Positions 13,975-26,040 of a stretch of DNA of 64,000 bases are shown piece after piece; positions within the stretch are counted from its first letter, which is position 1, and each line of letters starts with the position of its first letter. Source of the DNA: Octopus sinensis (taxonomy: Eukaryota); assembly GCF_006345805.1 (NCBI RefSeq), contig NC_042999.1:118544001-118608000 (forward strand), given 5' to 3'. The notes under the pieces were generated by a model. That model had not been told where the DNA came from, made no database searches, and saw only the letters and a program-made list of their open reading frames with translations. Made by a program: the position numbers and the translations under genes.

Positions 13975-14470
13975 TGTGGCTTAAAAACTACTGCCTAAAA
14001 GATCCTGCAAATTATGAGCCCTTTTGAAGGATGGAAGTGGAAGTTCATGGAATGTGGGAGACATGTCAGGATCTGAGTGAAGTAAGCAGAAAGTGCACCA
14101 GAAGAATGGTTGAAGATGTAACGTTTTATGGTAAAATGTGAGAAGGAAGGTTAAATCATCAAGGGTGAAGATGGGTAGAGGCATGAAGGTGGAGTTGCAA
14201 TCAAGTGTAGAAGTATGGATGTGGGCATTACTAGCAATTTTTTAGAGGCAGTCACAAATCATAAAGTGGAGGTTCATCACGTGAGATTAAGCATGGATAC
14301 AGAGGCAGCAAAAGATAGAGGAGTTGTGAAGTACAAGATAGTAGATTTGGAGTGGTTATGATAGGAAGAGTTGAATCTGAGGTAAGAGTGGGAGTTTGTC
14401 AGATGTAGAGAAGGAGAAGTTTGGAAACTCTTATCAAGGTATTTAGAAATGAGTGTAGTTGGGAAATTGT
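13975..14470 (-). pseudogene. Decayed Penelope-like RT thumb/linker fragment
   Basis: SHSYLRFNSSYHNHSKSTI (YLxFxSxHPxHxK motif) and LPLPSFKRAHNLQDLL (PxxxxRRxxNLxDxL motif). Confidence 0.65.
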
Positions 14471-15009
14471 GGAGAAAGTGAGGAAATCTTTTATAGAGCT
14501 GGACACTAGAATTAGGTGAGTAGGAGTGAGATCAGGGGTCAACTTTGGTAGAAAAGAGAACTAATGATTTTTATGTTGTCCATTTGCCATGTAACTACCA
14601 TTCCACCTTTGTCACTTGGTTTGATCACAATATCATGTCAGCATCAGAGTTGGCAAATGGTAGAAATTCAACAAATGAGATGGCAAGATCATTTAACAAA
14701 GTCAGGACAGTTTCCCATGTGCTGAATCATGTTTGTGACAGTGTCAAACATTGTGAATTGGTTTTGAGTCAGTGCCCAGTTGGATGGTTGACAGTAGTGG
14801 TTACTAACAACATCAAAACAGTTGGACTCTGTTTTGATATAGTTGAGTAAACTTAGCCAGTGACAGCTTAGTCTCTTTGGTTGTTGTTGCACAGTACAGT
14901 CCTACAAGGAGTGGTTCTGTACTGTATAAACTGGTAGATTTTTAGCTCTTAAGTAATCTTCAGTATTGGTTTCCTAAATATTCTTGATACAGAATATAGA
15001 CAATTTGAC

Positions 15010-15610
15010 ACTTGCAACTTTTTGGGGTTGCTGAATACTTCAAGTACTTAGGTGATTGGGTGAGCAGTTCAGAAGTAGACATCAAGATCAGGGAGGCACA
15101 AGTATGAACAGCATGTCACAAACTAAAGAAAGTTGGAAACTCCAAACTGTCCATGCAATATCAAAATCAAGTTGTTCATTGCAAATGTTGAATCAGTGCT
15201 ATTATATAGCAGTGAAACATGGACACTGACAAAGAAATGATCAAATAGGCTAAATGGATGCTACACAAGGGTGCTACGAATGTGAAATGGCAGCAACATC
15301 TAACAAATTAATGCCTTCATGGTAATCTGCTGAATGTTAGGGAGAAGATTAGACAAAGATGGCTGTGACTAAATGGTCACTGCATGCACCCTTAGATGGC
15401 ATGCACCACCCTTAGAGGAAGTATCAAAATTAGTGTTGTGGAACCCACTTCATGGTGATGTAACAAGACGAAAATGTTGTCACACTTATATCAACAATTT
15501 GATTGCAGACACTGGCCTGGGAAGTGATGAGGGACTGAGAACTGTGGTGGGTAGATTTATTGCTACAGCCAGGATTGGAACCTGGCCATAATAATAATAA
15601 TAATTTTGGG
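15010..15610 (+). pseudogene. RTE-clade LINE 3' remnant with (TAA)n tail
   Basis: YFKYLG and FIANVESVLLYSSETWTLTKK*SNRLNGCYTRVLRM are typical of the RTE RT C-terminus. Confidence 0.8.
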
Positions 15611-16913
15611 ATGCAAACAAAATGCACAATTTTACAAAGGTATTAGAATTAATTTTTATCTTAATTTTTATTCAAGACTTAAAATGTAGAATACTTATAT
15701 GCAATATTATTTCCAAAGGGTGCCTTGAGATGAGAAATTGTGTTAATGTATGATGAAAGAAAATATACTTACTATTTTTATACTCATTTTCATTATCTCT
15801 ATATTAGCATAGTTGTATCAATTCATGCATGCACTTTAATTCCTTACCACATATATGTAGTAACTTAGTCTATGTACATCATATACACATCTATATTTTT
15901 AGGTCATCAATACTTTTTGAGGAGGTAAAACAAATAAAAAAAAAATCAATTGATCTATAAAAGATGGTTGGAAAAGTTTCCTCTTTATAAATATATTAGC
16001 TTTAATGTATCAATACCAGTAGCTTTTGTGGAACAGTCTTTCAGCGAATATTTCAGGTGAACAAGCTTGAACATTTTTATTAATGAATTCACTTAGCTTG
16101 TTTATCATCATTGCTGGCTGACTATTTCTAGAACTATCTTTTATTCTTACAAGTAATTACTTTTGCTTACTCAAGCATGGAAATAATGCAACCAATAAGA
16201 ACTTCCAAAATCAGAAACTAGGTTTTAAAAATATAATTAGCTTTTAGAACTATGTCCACTAATCAATGATGGTCAGTATTTTTTTATGTAAAACGAAACT
16301 GCTGAAATATGACTAAACAACATTGCATATTGAATACTGAAACAAGAATATATAGCAATTACTATATGAGTATCCTTATAAGGCATTTGCAACTTTCTCT
16401 CTCTCTTTTACACACTTTACACACACACACAGAGTCGTGGCCAGGTTTCAAACATTTTTTTAAAAGTAAAATTATTCCCTAGTACAAAATTTGATTCAAA
16501 TATAACTTTGGGCATTTAATATAAAAGTTTTAATTTTCAGACCTATGTTCCAAACTTTTGCCATGATTGTATATACATATATATACCTATATATACATGC
16601 ATATATATTTTGATATAATCTGGGTAAAAAAATAGTGTACTTTCTAAAGCTCTTATGTGTGTAGTGGCTACCAAATGCTATCATACAGTGGGACTTCTTC
16701 TGTCACTGGATATATATGTGGAAATCTGTAAATATCCAAAGGCTATTTACAGATATACTGGTTTCAAATTTTGGCTCAAGGCCAGCAATTTTGGAGGTGG
16801 TACTTATTTTATTGAATCCAAAGGATGAAAAGCTAAGTCAAACTTAACAGAATTTGAACCATGTAAAAACGGATGAAATACAACAAAGCATTTTACCTGG
16901 TGTGCTAATGATC

Positions 16914-17298
16914 TGTATATACAGAAATGTTAATAAGAGAAGATGGATTGAAACCTGGTTTATTACAATACATATCCGTACATTTCTTTCAACACATCAT
17001 TACCAGTTGCTCATTGCTGAATATTACATATATTATTAAAAACATTGCATTAATATCACTCAGCAATAGTACCATATGCATTTTTGTGGGAGAGCAGAAA
17101 ATCAAAATAAGATTAACAGAGCTTTACTCTACACACACCTGAAGAGATTCATAAGCCACTGTTGCTGAGTGATATTGATTAACACAATGTTTTTTATAAC
17201 ATATAAAACATTCAGCAATGATGTGTTGAAACAATTGTAGCGATATGTAATAAAGAATGTTCAGTCTATCTCTCATCTTTTATTAATATTTATATACA
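16914..17298. mobile_element. PLE-type inverted-repeat element with HHR-like motif (17131-17248, +)
   Basis: 16914-17070 is an inverted diverged copy of 17158-17298. CTGAAGA at 17139, long stem II, GAAA caattg TA at 17228-17239; stem I is weak. Confidence 0.6.
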
Positions 17299-18302
17299 CA
17301 CACACACTGTGCCTTGACTTTGAGCCATATATTTTCTTGCTTAGTGTAAGCTATAGGGATACAACATTTCCATACAAAATACTTATCAAATGTTTACAAT
17401 GTTTATTTCAAAATTTATAAAAGGTAAGGAAGAAATCAAAGATAACTTACTATACCTGAAGCAATAAATTTCCAAAGTTAATAGTCATAATTAAAGTTAT
17501 AATCAATGTCACAAGTAATAAGGAAATTGTAACATCTCTAAATTGACCTGATCTCGCTCTTGCTATTCGCAATGTGTTGCATTTGAAAAATTACATTGGT
17601 TTGTATTAATTAAAAATTATGCTAAAATCTCAGATTGCAAATTTTACTCTTGATTAATTTCTGAACTAAACTCAAAAGAAAGTAATTTGACTTAATTTCA
17701 CTAAGCACTGCATAGCACCTTCTACTATAGCCTCAGGCCAACCAAAGCCTTGTGAGTGGATTTGATAGACAGAAACTGAAAGAAGCCCATCGTATATATA
17801 TATAAATATATATGTGTGTGTGTATGTTTGTGTGCCTGTGTTTGTTCCCCCCAACATCGCTTGACAACCGATGCTAGAGTGTTTACGTCCTCGTCACTAG
17901 CAGTTCAACAAGAGAGACTGATAGAATAAGATCTAGGCTTACAAAGAATAAGTTCTGGGGTCGATTTGCTCGACTAAAGGCGGTGCTCAAGCATGGCCAC
18001 AGTCAAATGACTGAAACAATTAAAAGGAAAAAGAATAAGCAGTTCAAAATAATTTTGGAACATTATAGATTGGTGCATTGGCAGAATTGTTCAAGCTTTA
18101 AACAATGACCAGCAGTATTTAGCGATGACCTTTTACATTCTGATTTCAAATCTTGCCAAAGTCAAATTTGTGTTATAGGGTCAATAAAATACAATACCAG
18201 TCAAGTACTGGGGGTTAATTTATATTCTTATAATTCATCTTAGATGTAAATGAAATTATAATTGAAAGTAAAGACTCATGTAGTTTAATAGGGTTTTTCA
18301 AT

Positions 18303-18665
18303 TTAACCTTTTTAATACCAAGCTGTCCAAGGCCACCCCTGGTTCTATGATACAAATTTCTAGTTGTAAGATGATCTAAATTAAAGCCTTCCACCAAAAT
18401 TTCATGCTAATTTATATTAATCTCCCAGGCTCTAGAATTCATAGCCAATACATTCCACAGCTAAGATTTTGCTACTTCAGCATACTCATCTTGATGACTG
18501 AGTTTTTCACAACCAGAATCTTCCCTTCTTTCAAAAAGAATTAGCATGAAATTATATTCCAAATACCAGCTCAATAATGATAAAGTTATTTTCTTATATT
18601 CTTTATTCTTTTCAAAATTATTTGACAGTTATGTAGTGTATTTCAGTATAAATATGGTAAAGTAA
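18303..18665. mobile_element. piggyBac-type MITE carrying a templated insertion
   Basis: TTAA-CCTTT left end; body similar to the reverse complement of 40307-40522; 18420-18543 is a copy of 19172-19295. Confidence 0.6.
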
Positions 18666-21195
18666 AAGCATGGTAGGGGTGACGCTGTCATTTCATTTTT
18701 GCTCCTGCTGCAAAAAGTCTTTTTGGGTGTGAATGCTTGCCAAACTTTTTGGGGTGTATTGAGAATGACTTCTACAATTCATAATCCAGTATACAACAGG
18801 ACCAACACTAAACACTTCATCTTCCTGCAGACTATCCAAAATTATATCAGCTATACTTACAGGAGGATTTGAATGAAGTACTACAAGCTAACTTCCTTTA
18901 AATTATTAAACATTTCTGTTTCTATTTTGAAACTTTCCCTCTCTTCTTAAAATAAGCATACAACTTTCAATCCTACCTTGCCTTTTCTTCCTTACATTCT
19001 ATATACCCTTAATCTTTCATTCTACTTTCAGTTTCTCTTGCTATGTAAGTTTTTTTATCAAAATTTCCGACTTCAGTTTCTGTTACAATGAATTGCTTTT
19101 TCCTCTTAAATGGGTACCCAAACCAATCTTTAATGCCACCCTTCCAAAAATCCAATTCAGCTACAATCTTGATCTCCCAGACTCTGGAATCCATAGCCAT
19201 AACATTCCACAGCCAAGGTTTTGCTACTTCAGCATACTCATCTTGATGACTGCGTTTTACACAACCAGCATCTTCCCCTCTTTCAAGAAGAATTAAAATC
19301 TACTTAACCTTTTGATCAGAAGCTCCTTCATCCCAAGCTATATCCATCCTGAAACTTTTCCATGACCTGAACCTCATTGTCATACTTAACCCTTCATTCC
19401 TAACCCTTTAACATTTTAACTGACCATATTCAGCCAAAATATTTTACCAGTTTTATCTCCATATCAGCTAGATCTGGTTTTCTACCTACCCTACAATGTC
19501 ATTTCAAAAATAAATAATGACATCATCAAAATCTTGAAGCTATGTGAAAATGCATGATTAATTCAAAACAGTGTGAATAAATAAGTATCAGATTTAATAG
19601 AGAAATCTGACTGTTATAAGATTGAACAATTTCTTAATAAATATGCAACAAATATAATTGAGCATTTTGACTGCATTCTTCAAACCAAATATATTGCATT
19701 ATATGTAATATCTACAGCACACTGCACTTAGGCAAACAGAGTCATTGGCTGGATGACAAATTTCTTGAATGTCTTCAAACTAGTAATCTAGCACCTTAAT
19801 GTGCTCAGTCCTCCTTCTAACCACCTTTCAGTCTGTGATATGCTGTCACTCTTTGTTTCTAATGAGATGTGTAACCCCAGAGAAAAAGCTAGCAGTTTTA
19901 ACCTGGAAGCTCTTCTCTGGGAAGCATTAATATATGTCTTAACTTCACTTGATTCTGCCTTTCTCCCTATACCTTTTACCAAAATTATACATAATTTTTA
20001 TGATCCTGTAAGTCTTGTCTGAGTGTGTATGTGTACATATGTGCATGTGTGTGTGTATGTGAGTGCATGAATGTATGTGTATGCATTTGTTCTGCTGTGT
20101 GTGTATATGTTTGATTTTTTAGTTACCCATCTGTAAATGTGGTTTCTCTAAAACCAGCCTCTATCTTCACTTGACCTGTCACCTGTCCATAATCTTTCTA
20201 GCTACAAACTTCAGCCTTCTCTTCCTTGCCATTGCCATTCTTTATTTCTTTCTTTTTATTCAGTTCACACCACCACCTCTCACTTGATATTCTCCACCAC
20301 TTTCTTCATCACTTCCAGATATATAAGCCTTTGCATCATTTCATTCTTCCTTTTGGTAGCTTGTCATCAATGCAAGAACACATTCATTATTTTCTTGACT
20401 CTCAAAAATAGGCCAAGAATCCAAAACATTAGATCTTTTTTTGCACTTCATGAGATCTAAGTTTATCAAATTCTTTAACAAACTCTCCAAAAGCCTGTTG
20501 CAAATGCAGACCACTCGCTGTTCCCTTGGATTCTACATTTTACCACAAATGATTTGTATTACAAGCCTCCTATTCTTCCTCTCCTCCTCCCTTCCATCTT
20601 CCTCCCCCCCCCTTCCCCATCTCATCTTTTTTTCTTATGTTCATTTTCCCATGCTGTTCTGCTAGATTCTCTTCAGTCAGATGACCTTACTGATGCCAAA
20701 CCTCATTTGTTTTTAAGTATGGTAACATTTCCCAATGCCAAAACAAGTCTTCATTAGAAATAAAGGATGCTTCTTGTATGACAGTGAACTCATTTACAAC
20801 TATTAAGTAATGTCAAGACAAAGAGATTGTAACACACACACATATACATACACACATGCATATATGCATATATACTTATATTCATGTACACACACATGCA
20901 CACACACACACACAGATATATATATATATTTATGTTTGTATGTGTGTGTGTGTGTGTTGTGTGTGTGTGTATGTGTGTGTGTATGTGTGAAAAGAGGAGA
21001 TTGAAAGAATTTTTGGTAATATTTTCCAATTTCCTGTTGTGATATTATTACTCTACAAAAAAATATTTTCCATTATTTTCGACTCTTATGCATACCCCAC
21101 ACAAATATAACCTCTACATACAGATTTGGAGTACTTAAATAAGCAAATGTCTTCATAATGATATATATATATATATATATTACAACAAAATTTTA

Positions 21196-21262
21196 TATAG
21201 AGCTACCCAGGGTTTCGCACCCACAAAGCAAAAGCCTTGTGGACAGCTTGTCAAATGCTATA
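21196..21262 (-). ncRNA. Decayed hammerhead ribozyme
   Basis: TTGACAA gctgtccacaagg...ctttgtgggtgc GAAA ccctggg TA gctctata; the CUGANGA box is mutated. Confidence 0.65.
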
Positions 21263-22021
21263 TGAATACAAAATTTTAAAATATCTATGAATTCTCAGAA
21301 CTCAATGAATATGAAAAAAATCTTAATGAGTATGGGTTATTTCCCCTTAATCAGAGTAAAAAAAAAATACCTTTATAGACTTGGAGAAGCCTAACAAGCA
21401 AACAGGGAGATCCAATCTTCTAGTAAGTAGTGCTTGAAGTGGATACATTTAGAAAACATTTCTTTATGGTTATTTAATGTGCCAGGTTTCTTAAGGTCAT
21501 TAAGAATTTTGGTTCTCTCCACGGTGCAAATCTTGCAACAGACACTTCCGTTAATATATGGGCCCATAAAATGAATTAATTTCCACCTGACATCACACAG
21601 GGTCCCTTGATCTTTGAGGTATCAAACGTGGTAGGCAAGGGATGTAGCAAACCGTCTTTCTAGGACTCTGAAGGATGACTGGTAGTTAAGGAAACATTTC
21701 TTGAATGAAGTACTCACCGAACCAATATATTTATAAACATGGGGTGTGGCCCTATTCGCACTCCTGGTAACATGTGGTATGAGGCTGGTCATTCTATCCA
21801 TGTCAAAGATGAATATTTGGTCCTCAGCTGAGGTAGCAGAACTGGGAACAGCAGGTACCTCCTCCAAGTCGTTGGTTCTGGATAGGTCATTATTTCCAGG
21901 TGCGGCATTTGTACTGTTCACTTTATCTGCATCTATGGTTTGTTCAATATCCATGGCGGTGGTACCAGGATCTTCAGTGATGCTCTCTGTGACGTAGACA
22001 TTTTAAACTTTTGTATTCATA

Positions 22022-22084
22022 TAGAGTCTGATGAGCTGTCCACAAGACATTAACTTTGTGCGTGTGAAACCTCGGGTAACTGTA
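22022..22084 (+). ncRNA. Type I hammerhead ribozyme
   Basis: tagagt CTGATGA gctgtccacaag-acattaa-ctttgtgcgtgt GAAA cctcggg TA actgta. Core intact, GUA cleavage triplet. Confidence 0.8.
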
Positions 22085-23242
22085 AAATTTTGTTGTTATA
22101 ATTACTGTTCTATTTTTTAGAGTGTGCTTATTTCTGATATATGTTTTTATGATATATATATATTTGTAGGAGAATTTGTTTTTGAAAATGCACCTGAATT
22201 TGAAAAACTAACAGATGTTTTTAAATAGATTTATTTACATACATACATACCAAACTAGTTTCAATAATTTTTTGTTTATCACTTCTACAAATGTTTATAA
22301 AACAATGGGATTTTAACAGAGTTTAAAATTATGAAGTAGAAATTGAACAAACATATTTAAGCAATCAAATGTTCACATAAAATTCAATGACAGGGATAGG
22401 TGATATCAAAGTAAATGTTTCGTGAAAAATATGATAAATGTACATTACTAAAAGTTCGGTTATATTGAGTTTTTATAAAGTATAAGGACACAAGAGAGAA
22501 AAAAGAAAGAAAGAATAAAAAAAGTTTCTTTTACAGTTTCTGTACAACACATAGAAACTGTGTGTAGTTCTTTTTTCCATTGCATACAGGACTTTCTACT
22601 TTTAACAGTTTTTTGGGAATCAGAGAGTATCTTGTGTATATATATGGTTTTACTAGAAAGGATCTAATTTTTGATTTGTTATAATTCTTATGACATTCTT
22701 TCTGGTGGATGTTTTTGGTCAAAAAATACATTTTGTTTTGGCATTAGTGTTTTGGTTGCTTGGTTTTCTGTACATACACACACATACACACACACATACA
22801 GACACATGTGTGTGTGTGTGTGTGTGTGGATACATACATGTATTCTTTATTTTCTATACTGGCATGGATTAGATGGTTTGACAGGAGCTGGCAAATCAGA
22901 GGACTTCATCAAGATCTGCTGTCAAATTTGCTATGGTTTCTATGACTGGATGTCCTTTAAACACCAACCACTTCATAGAGTGCACTGGGTGCTTTTTACA
23001 TGGTACCAGCATTGCCAATGTCACCAAGTACATTACATGACAAAGTCCCCTTGTACATCATCACCATTTAACATCTGTTTTCCATGCTAGCATGAATTGT
23101 ACAGTTTGACTGAAAACTGGTAAGCTGGAGAGCTGCATCAAGTTCCAGTCTGATGTGGCATGACTTTTATAGCTGGATGCCCTTCCTATTCTCAACCACT
23201 CCAAGAGTGTAGCATATATATATATATCTACCTTATTTGTGC

Positions 23243-23317
23243 ATTAACCAGGCTACCATTGGTTTCATATTATGAGAGTATGTCTCGTAACATGAAACCA
23301 ATGGTAGCCTGTTTAAT
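23243..23317. repeat. 35-bp-arm hairpin made of two inverted HHR 3' halves
   Basis: Arms differ at 3 positions; each strand reads ...GAAA ccaatgg TA gcctg; lies between (TA)n tracts. Confidence 0.75.
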
Positions 23318-23460
23318 CCACAAGTGAAGAATATTTATCCACCAATGTGGTGTTGAGCAATCGCTCATTCTCACTGTTTGATAATAACACACACATATAT
23401 ATGCATATATATACATATACATACACACACACACTCTCTCTCTCTCTCACACACACATAT

Positions 23461-23513
<53 letters not shown>

Positions 23514-23569
23514 GTATATACATATATATATATATATGTATATACATATTTGCATACATACATACATAC

Positions 23570-24130
23570 ATGGTGGCTGTCCTCTCGTATGGCCATTGCA
23601 CGAAGCTTAATCAATGTTGTTATCATGCAATGCCTGTGCAAGAAGATATTTTTTTAAGTGAGGAAAGGCTGTGCACTGAGTTAATCCCACTCACTAAGCA
23701 ACAGCAGCCATAATCCGAAAAGAAGAACAAATCAACATCATAGGTAACCACTGAGCTGCAGGTTTTATGTCGGAGTTATCCCAGTTACCTGAGTTACCTT
23801 CTCCTAGAAGGATGCCCTGACAAAGGCTAGGATTCCTTCACTCCCAATGGTTTAACTGCGCGATCGGGTATTCAGTCCGATTATTTCTATGTCCCCACAC
23901 ATGATACAGCTTTAAGACATTTATTGGATGGCCGTTGACTCTCAAGAGTTCCTCCGCCCTTTGACGGGATTTGTTTTTCATCCCACAGGGTGATCAATAA
24001 ACACCCTCCTCACCAAGCGAGCTTGGTAGGGTTGCCAGTTTAGTCGCCGACGACCCGACCATGCAACAGGTAGTACTGGGTTACATGTTACCAGTAGCAC
24101 ATACATACATACATACATACACATACATAA
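23570..24130 (+). mobile_element. Probable non-LTR retroelement 3' segment with (TACA)n tail
   Basis: GC/CpG-richer ~530-bp block bounded by (TACA)n on both sides; no coding motif recognised. Confidence 0.4.
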
Positions 24131-24934
24131 AAATGAAAACAAATGAATGGATTAGATGGTATTGCTGCAATTATTTCTTTCAGATATTTTATTGCACTGA
24201 ATTACATACAGGATGTTATGTATGAAGTGCAATATCTATAAGTTACTGCAAAGTGCAACAGAAGACCTCTCAACTCATCAAGCTGTGTTACATAAGAGCA
24301 AATATTAATGTGCCCAGGGATAGCATAGCCTAACAGTAGGTCAGCTGTCCTGCTGATGTGAATATCTTTTTGAAAACCAAAGAGAAAGAAGATAACTATG
24401 GACAACTGCTTCAAGACCTCCAGCATCTATATCCAGATTAAAAAGTTACATTTATACCAATAATAACTCATGCACTTGGTTTTGTAAGTAAATGCCTAAC
24501 TGTCAATTTGGATAGCTTGGATTTTCAGAAAATATCAACTTTTAGAAGGTTAGAAATACAATCTGTGAGCAGAACAGTAAAACTATACAAGACTTTACTC
24601 ATGTTTAAAATGTGACATTGTTTTCGTTATCTACATTCCCCTGATGGAGCTTTGTATCTTTGTTAGATATCAGCTCTTTCTTCACAGAGAGAATTTAAAT
24701 GATTAAATACAGAATAAACATATACATATACACACATATAATACATAACACACATATATATCCTGCCAAGGTTGACTTTACCTTTCATCCTTTTGGGGCT
24801 GATAAGTTAAGTATCAGTTGCCTACTGGAGTCGATCTAATCGACTGTCACCTTCCCCAAAAGTTTTGGGCTTGTGCCTAGAGTAGAAAAGAATATATATA
24901 TATAAATCGGAATTTAAATTGAACCAATCCTATG

Positions 24935-25475
24935 ACTGGCACCCGGCAGTTGCCGGGACCGCTGGACTGACTCCTGTGCAGGTGGCAAGTGAAGAAATAC
25001 CATTTCGACCCTATGCTTGAGGAGATCCCTTGAGTCAAGTACACCAACATCAAAATCAATGGAAACTGCAGTTGTGATCCCTGTGCCAGTGGCACGTAAA
25101 AAGCACCATCTGAACGTGGCCGATGCCAGCGCCGCCGAAACTGGCTTCCGTGCCGGTGGCACGTAAAACGCACTATCCGAATCGTGGCCGATGCCAGCAC
25201 CGCCTTGACTGGCTTCTGTGCCGGTGGGACGTAAAATGCACCAATCCGATTGTGGCTGTTGCCAGCCTCACTTGGCACCTGTGCAGGTGGCACGTAAAGA
25301 GTACCCACTACACTCACAGAGTGGTTGGCGTTAGGAAGGGCATCCAGCTGTAGAAACACTGCCAGATCAGACTGGAGCCTGGTGCAGCCTTCTGGCTTCC
25401 CAGATCCCCAGTCGAACTGTCCAACCCATGCTAGCATGGAGAACGGATGTTAAACGATGATGATGATGATGATGA
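24935..25475 (+). mobile_element. SINE family C with internal array of GTGCCGGTGGCAC units
   Basis: Five copies of 'gtgc[c/a]ggtggcacgtaaaa.gcacc' at ~24975, 25082, 25150, 25217 and 25280, then the family C 3' end and (GAT)n. Confidence 0.8.
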
Positions 25476-25479
25476 AATA

Positions 25480-26040
25480 TATATATAATATAAAATCCGT
25501 TCTGTCTGTCTGTGTGTGTGTCTCCTAGGATCTCAGGCATCCTCCATCTGATTGCGCTCAAATTTGCTATGTAGATACTGACAGTATCAGGGCGTGTATA
25601 TGTCTTGAAAAAATTACAAAAATCGATTCCAGGTGAGAATGCGATCGATAAAGCCATTTTTGTCCTGCTTTTCTTCCGTCAACCTGTGCATAACTGCACC
25701 TTCCATTTTTTGTTGCTTTTGTACTGCTTAAAGGTATGTTTCTTTCCTGCCAAGCTTACTACTTAAACCATGTTTGTGTTCTCCCAGTCAACAGCCTTAT
25801 CATTACTGGTACTTTAAACTCTTCAGTTGCATATTTGTGTGAATAAAATCGTTTTTCTTTGGAATAGAAAAAAAGTCTATCTATATTTCTTCGTTTGCTG
25901 GTGTCTCAAATTTAGGTTAAATCAGTGTTTCTCAAAGGGGAGGCCTATGGGACGGTCGGACAAGTTGTTTTTAGAAAATTTGGTTTAAATGTTTGACAAC
26001 TCAGCACCGTCCATTGGACGGGGGGGGGGTGTTTTGCTCA
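25480..26040 (+). mobile_element. Non-autonomous Helitron-like element
   Basis: 5' 'atataaaatcc.ttctgtctgtct' shared with 37941; 3' hairpin CCGTCC-att-GGACGG at 26007-26021 followed by CTCA. Confidence 0.7.

Larger units (their letters stand above)
21181..22098 (-). mobile_element. Truncated Penelope-like element with GIY-YIG fragment and inverted HHR-bearing termini
   Basis: KYIGSVSTSFKKCFLNYQSSF...ATSLAYHV*YLK...RWKLI...CKICTVE on the minus strand. 21181-21286 is an inverted repeat of ~21996-22098. Flanked by (TA)n. Confidence 0.85.

Noticed and set aside
24184-24483. Candidate exon between tttcAG and GTAAGT (similar pair at 11624-11824; acceptor-like site at ~35898)
   Set aside because: Stops in all three frames for 24184-24483, and such splice-like motifs arise by chance in AT-rich DNA.
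24975-25310. CRISPR-like palindromic repeats with spacers
   Set aside because: Eukaryotic context, no cas genes, spacers resemble each other, and the array is internal to a SINE.
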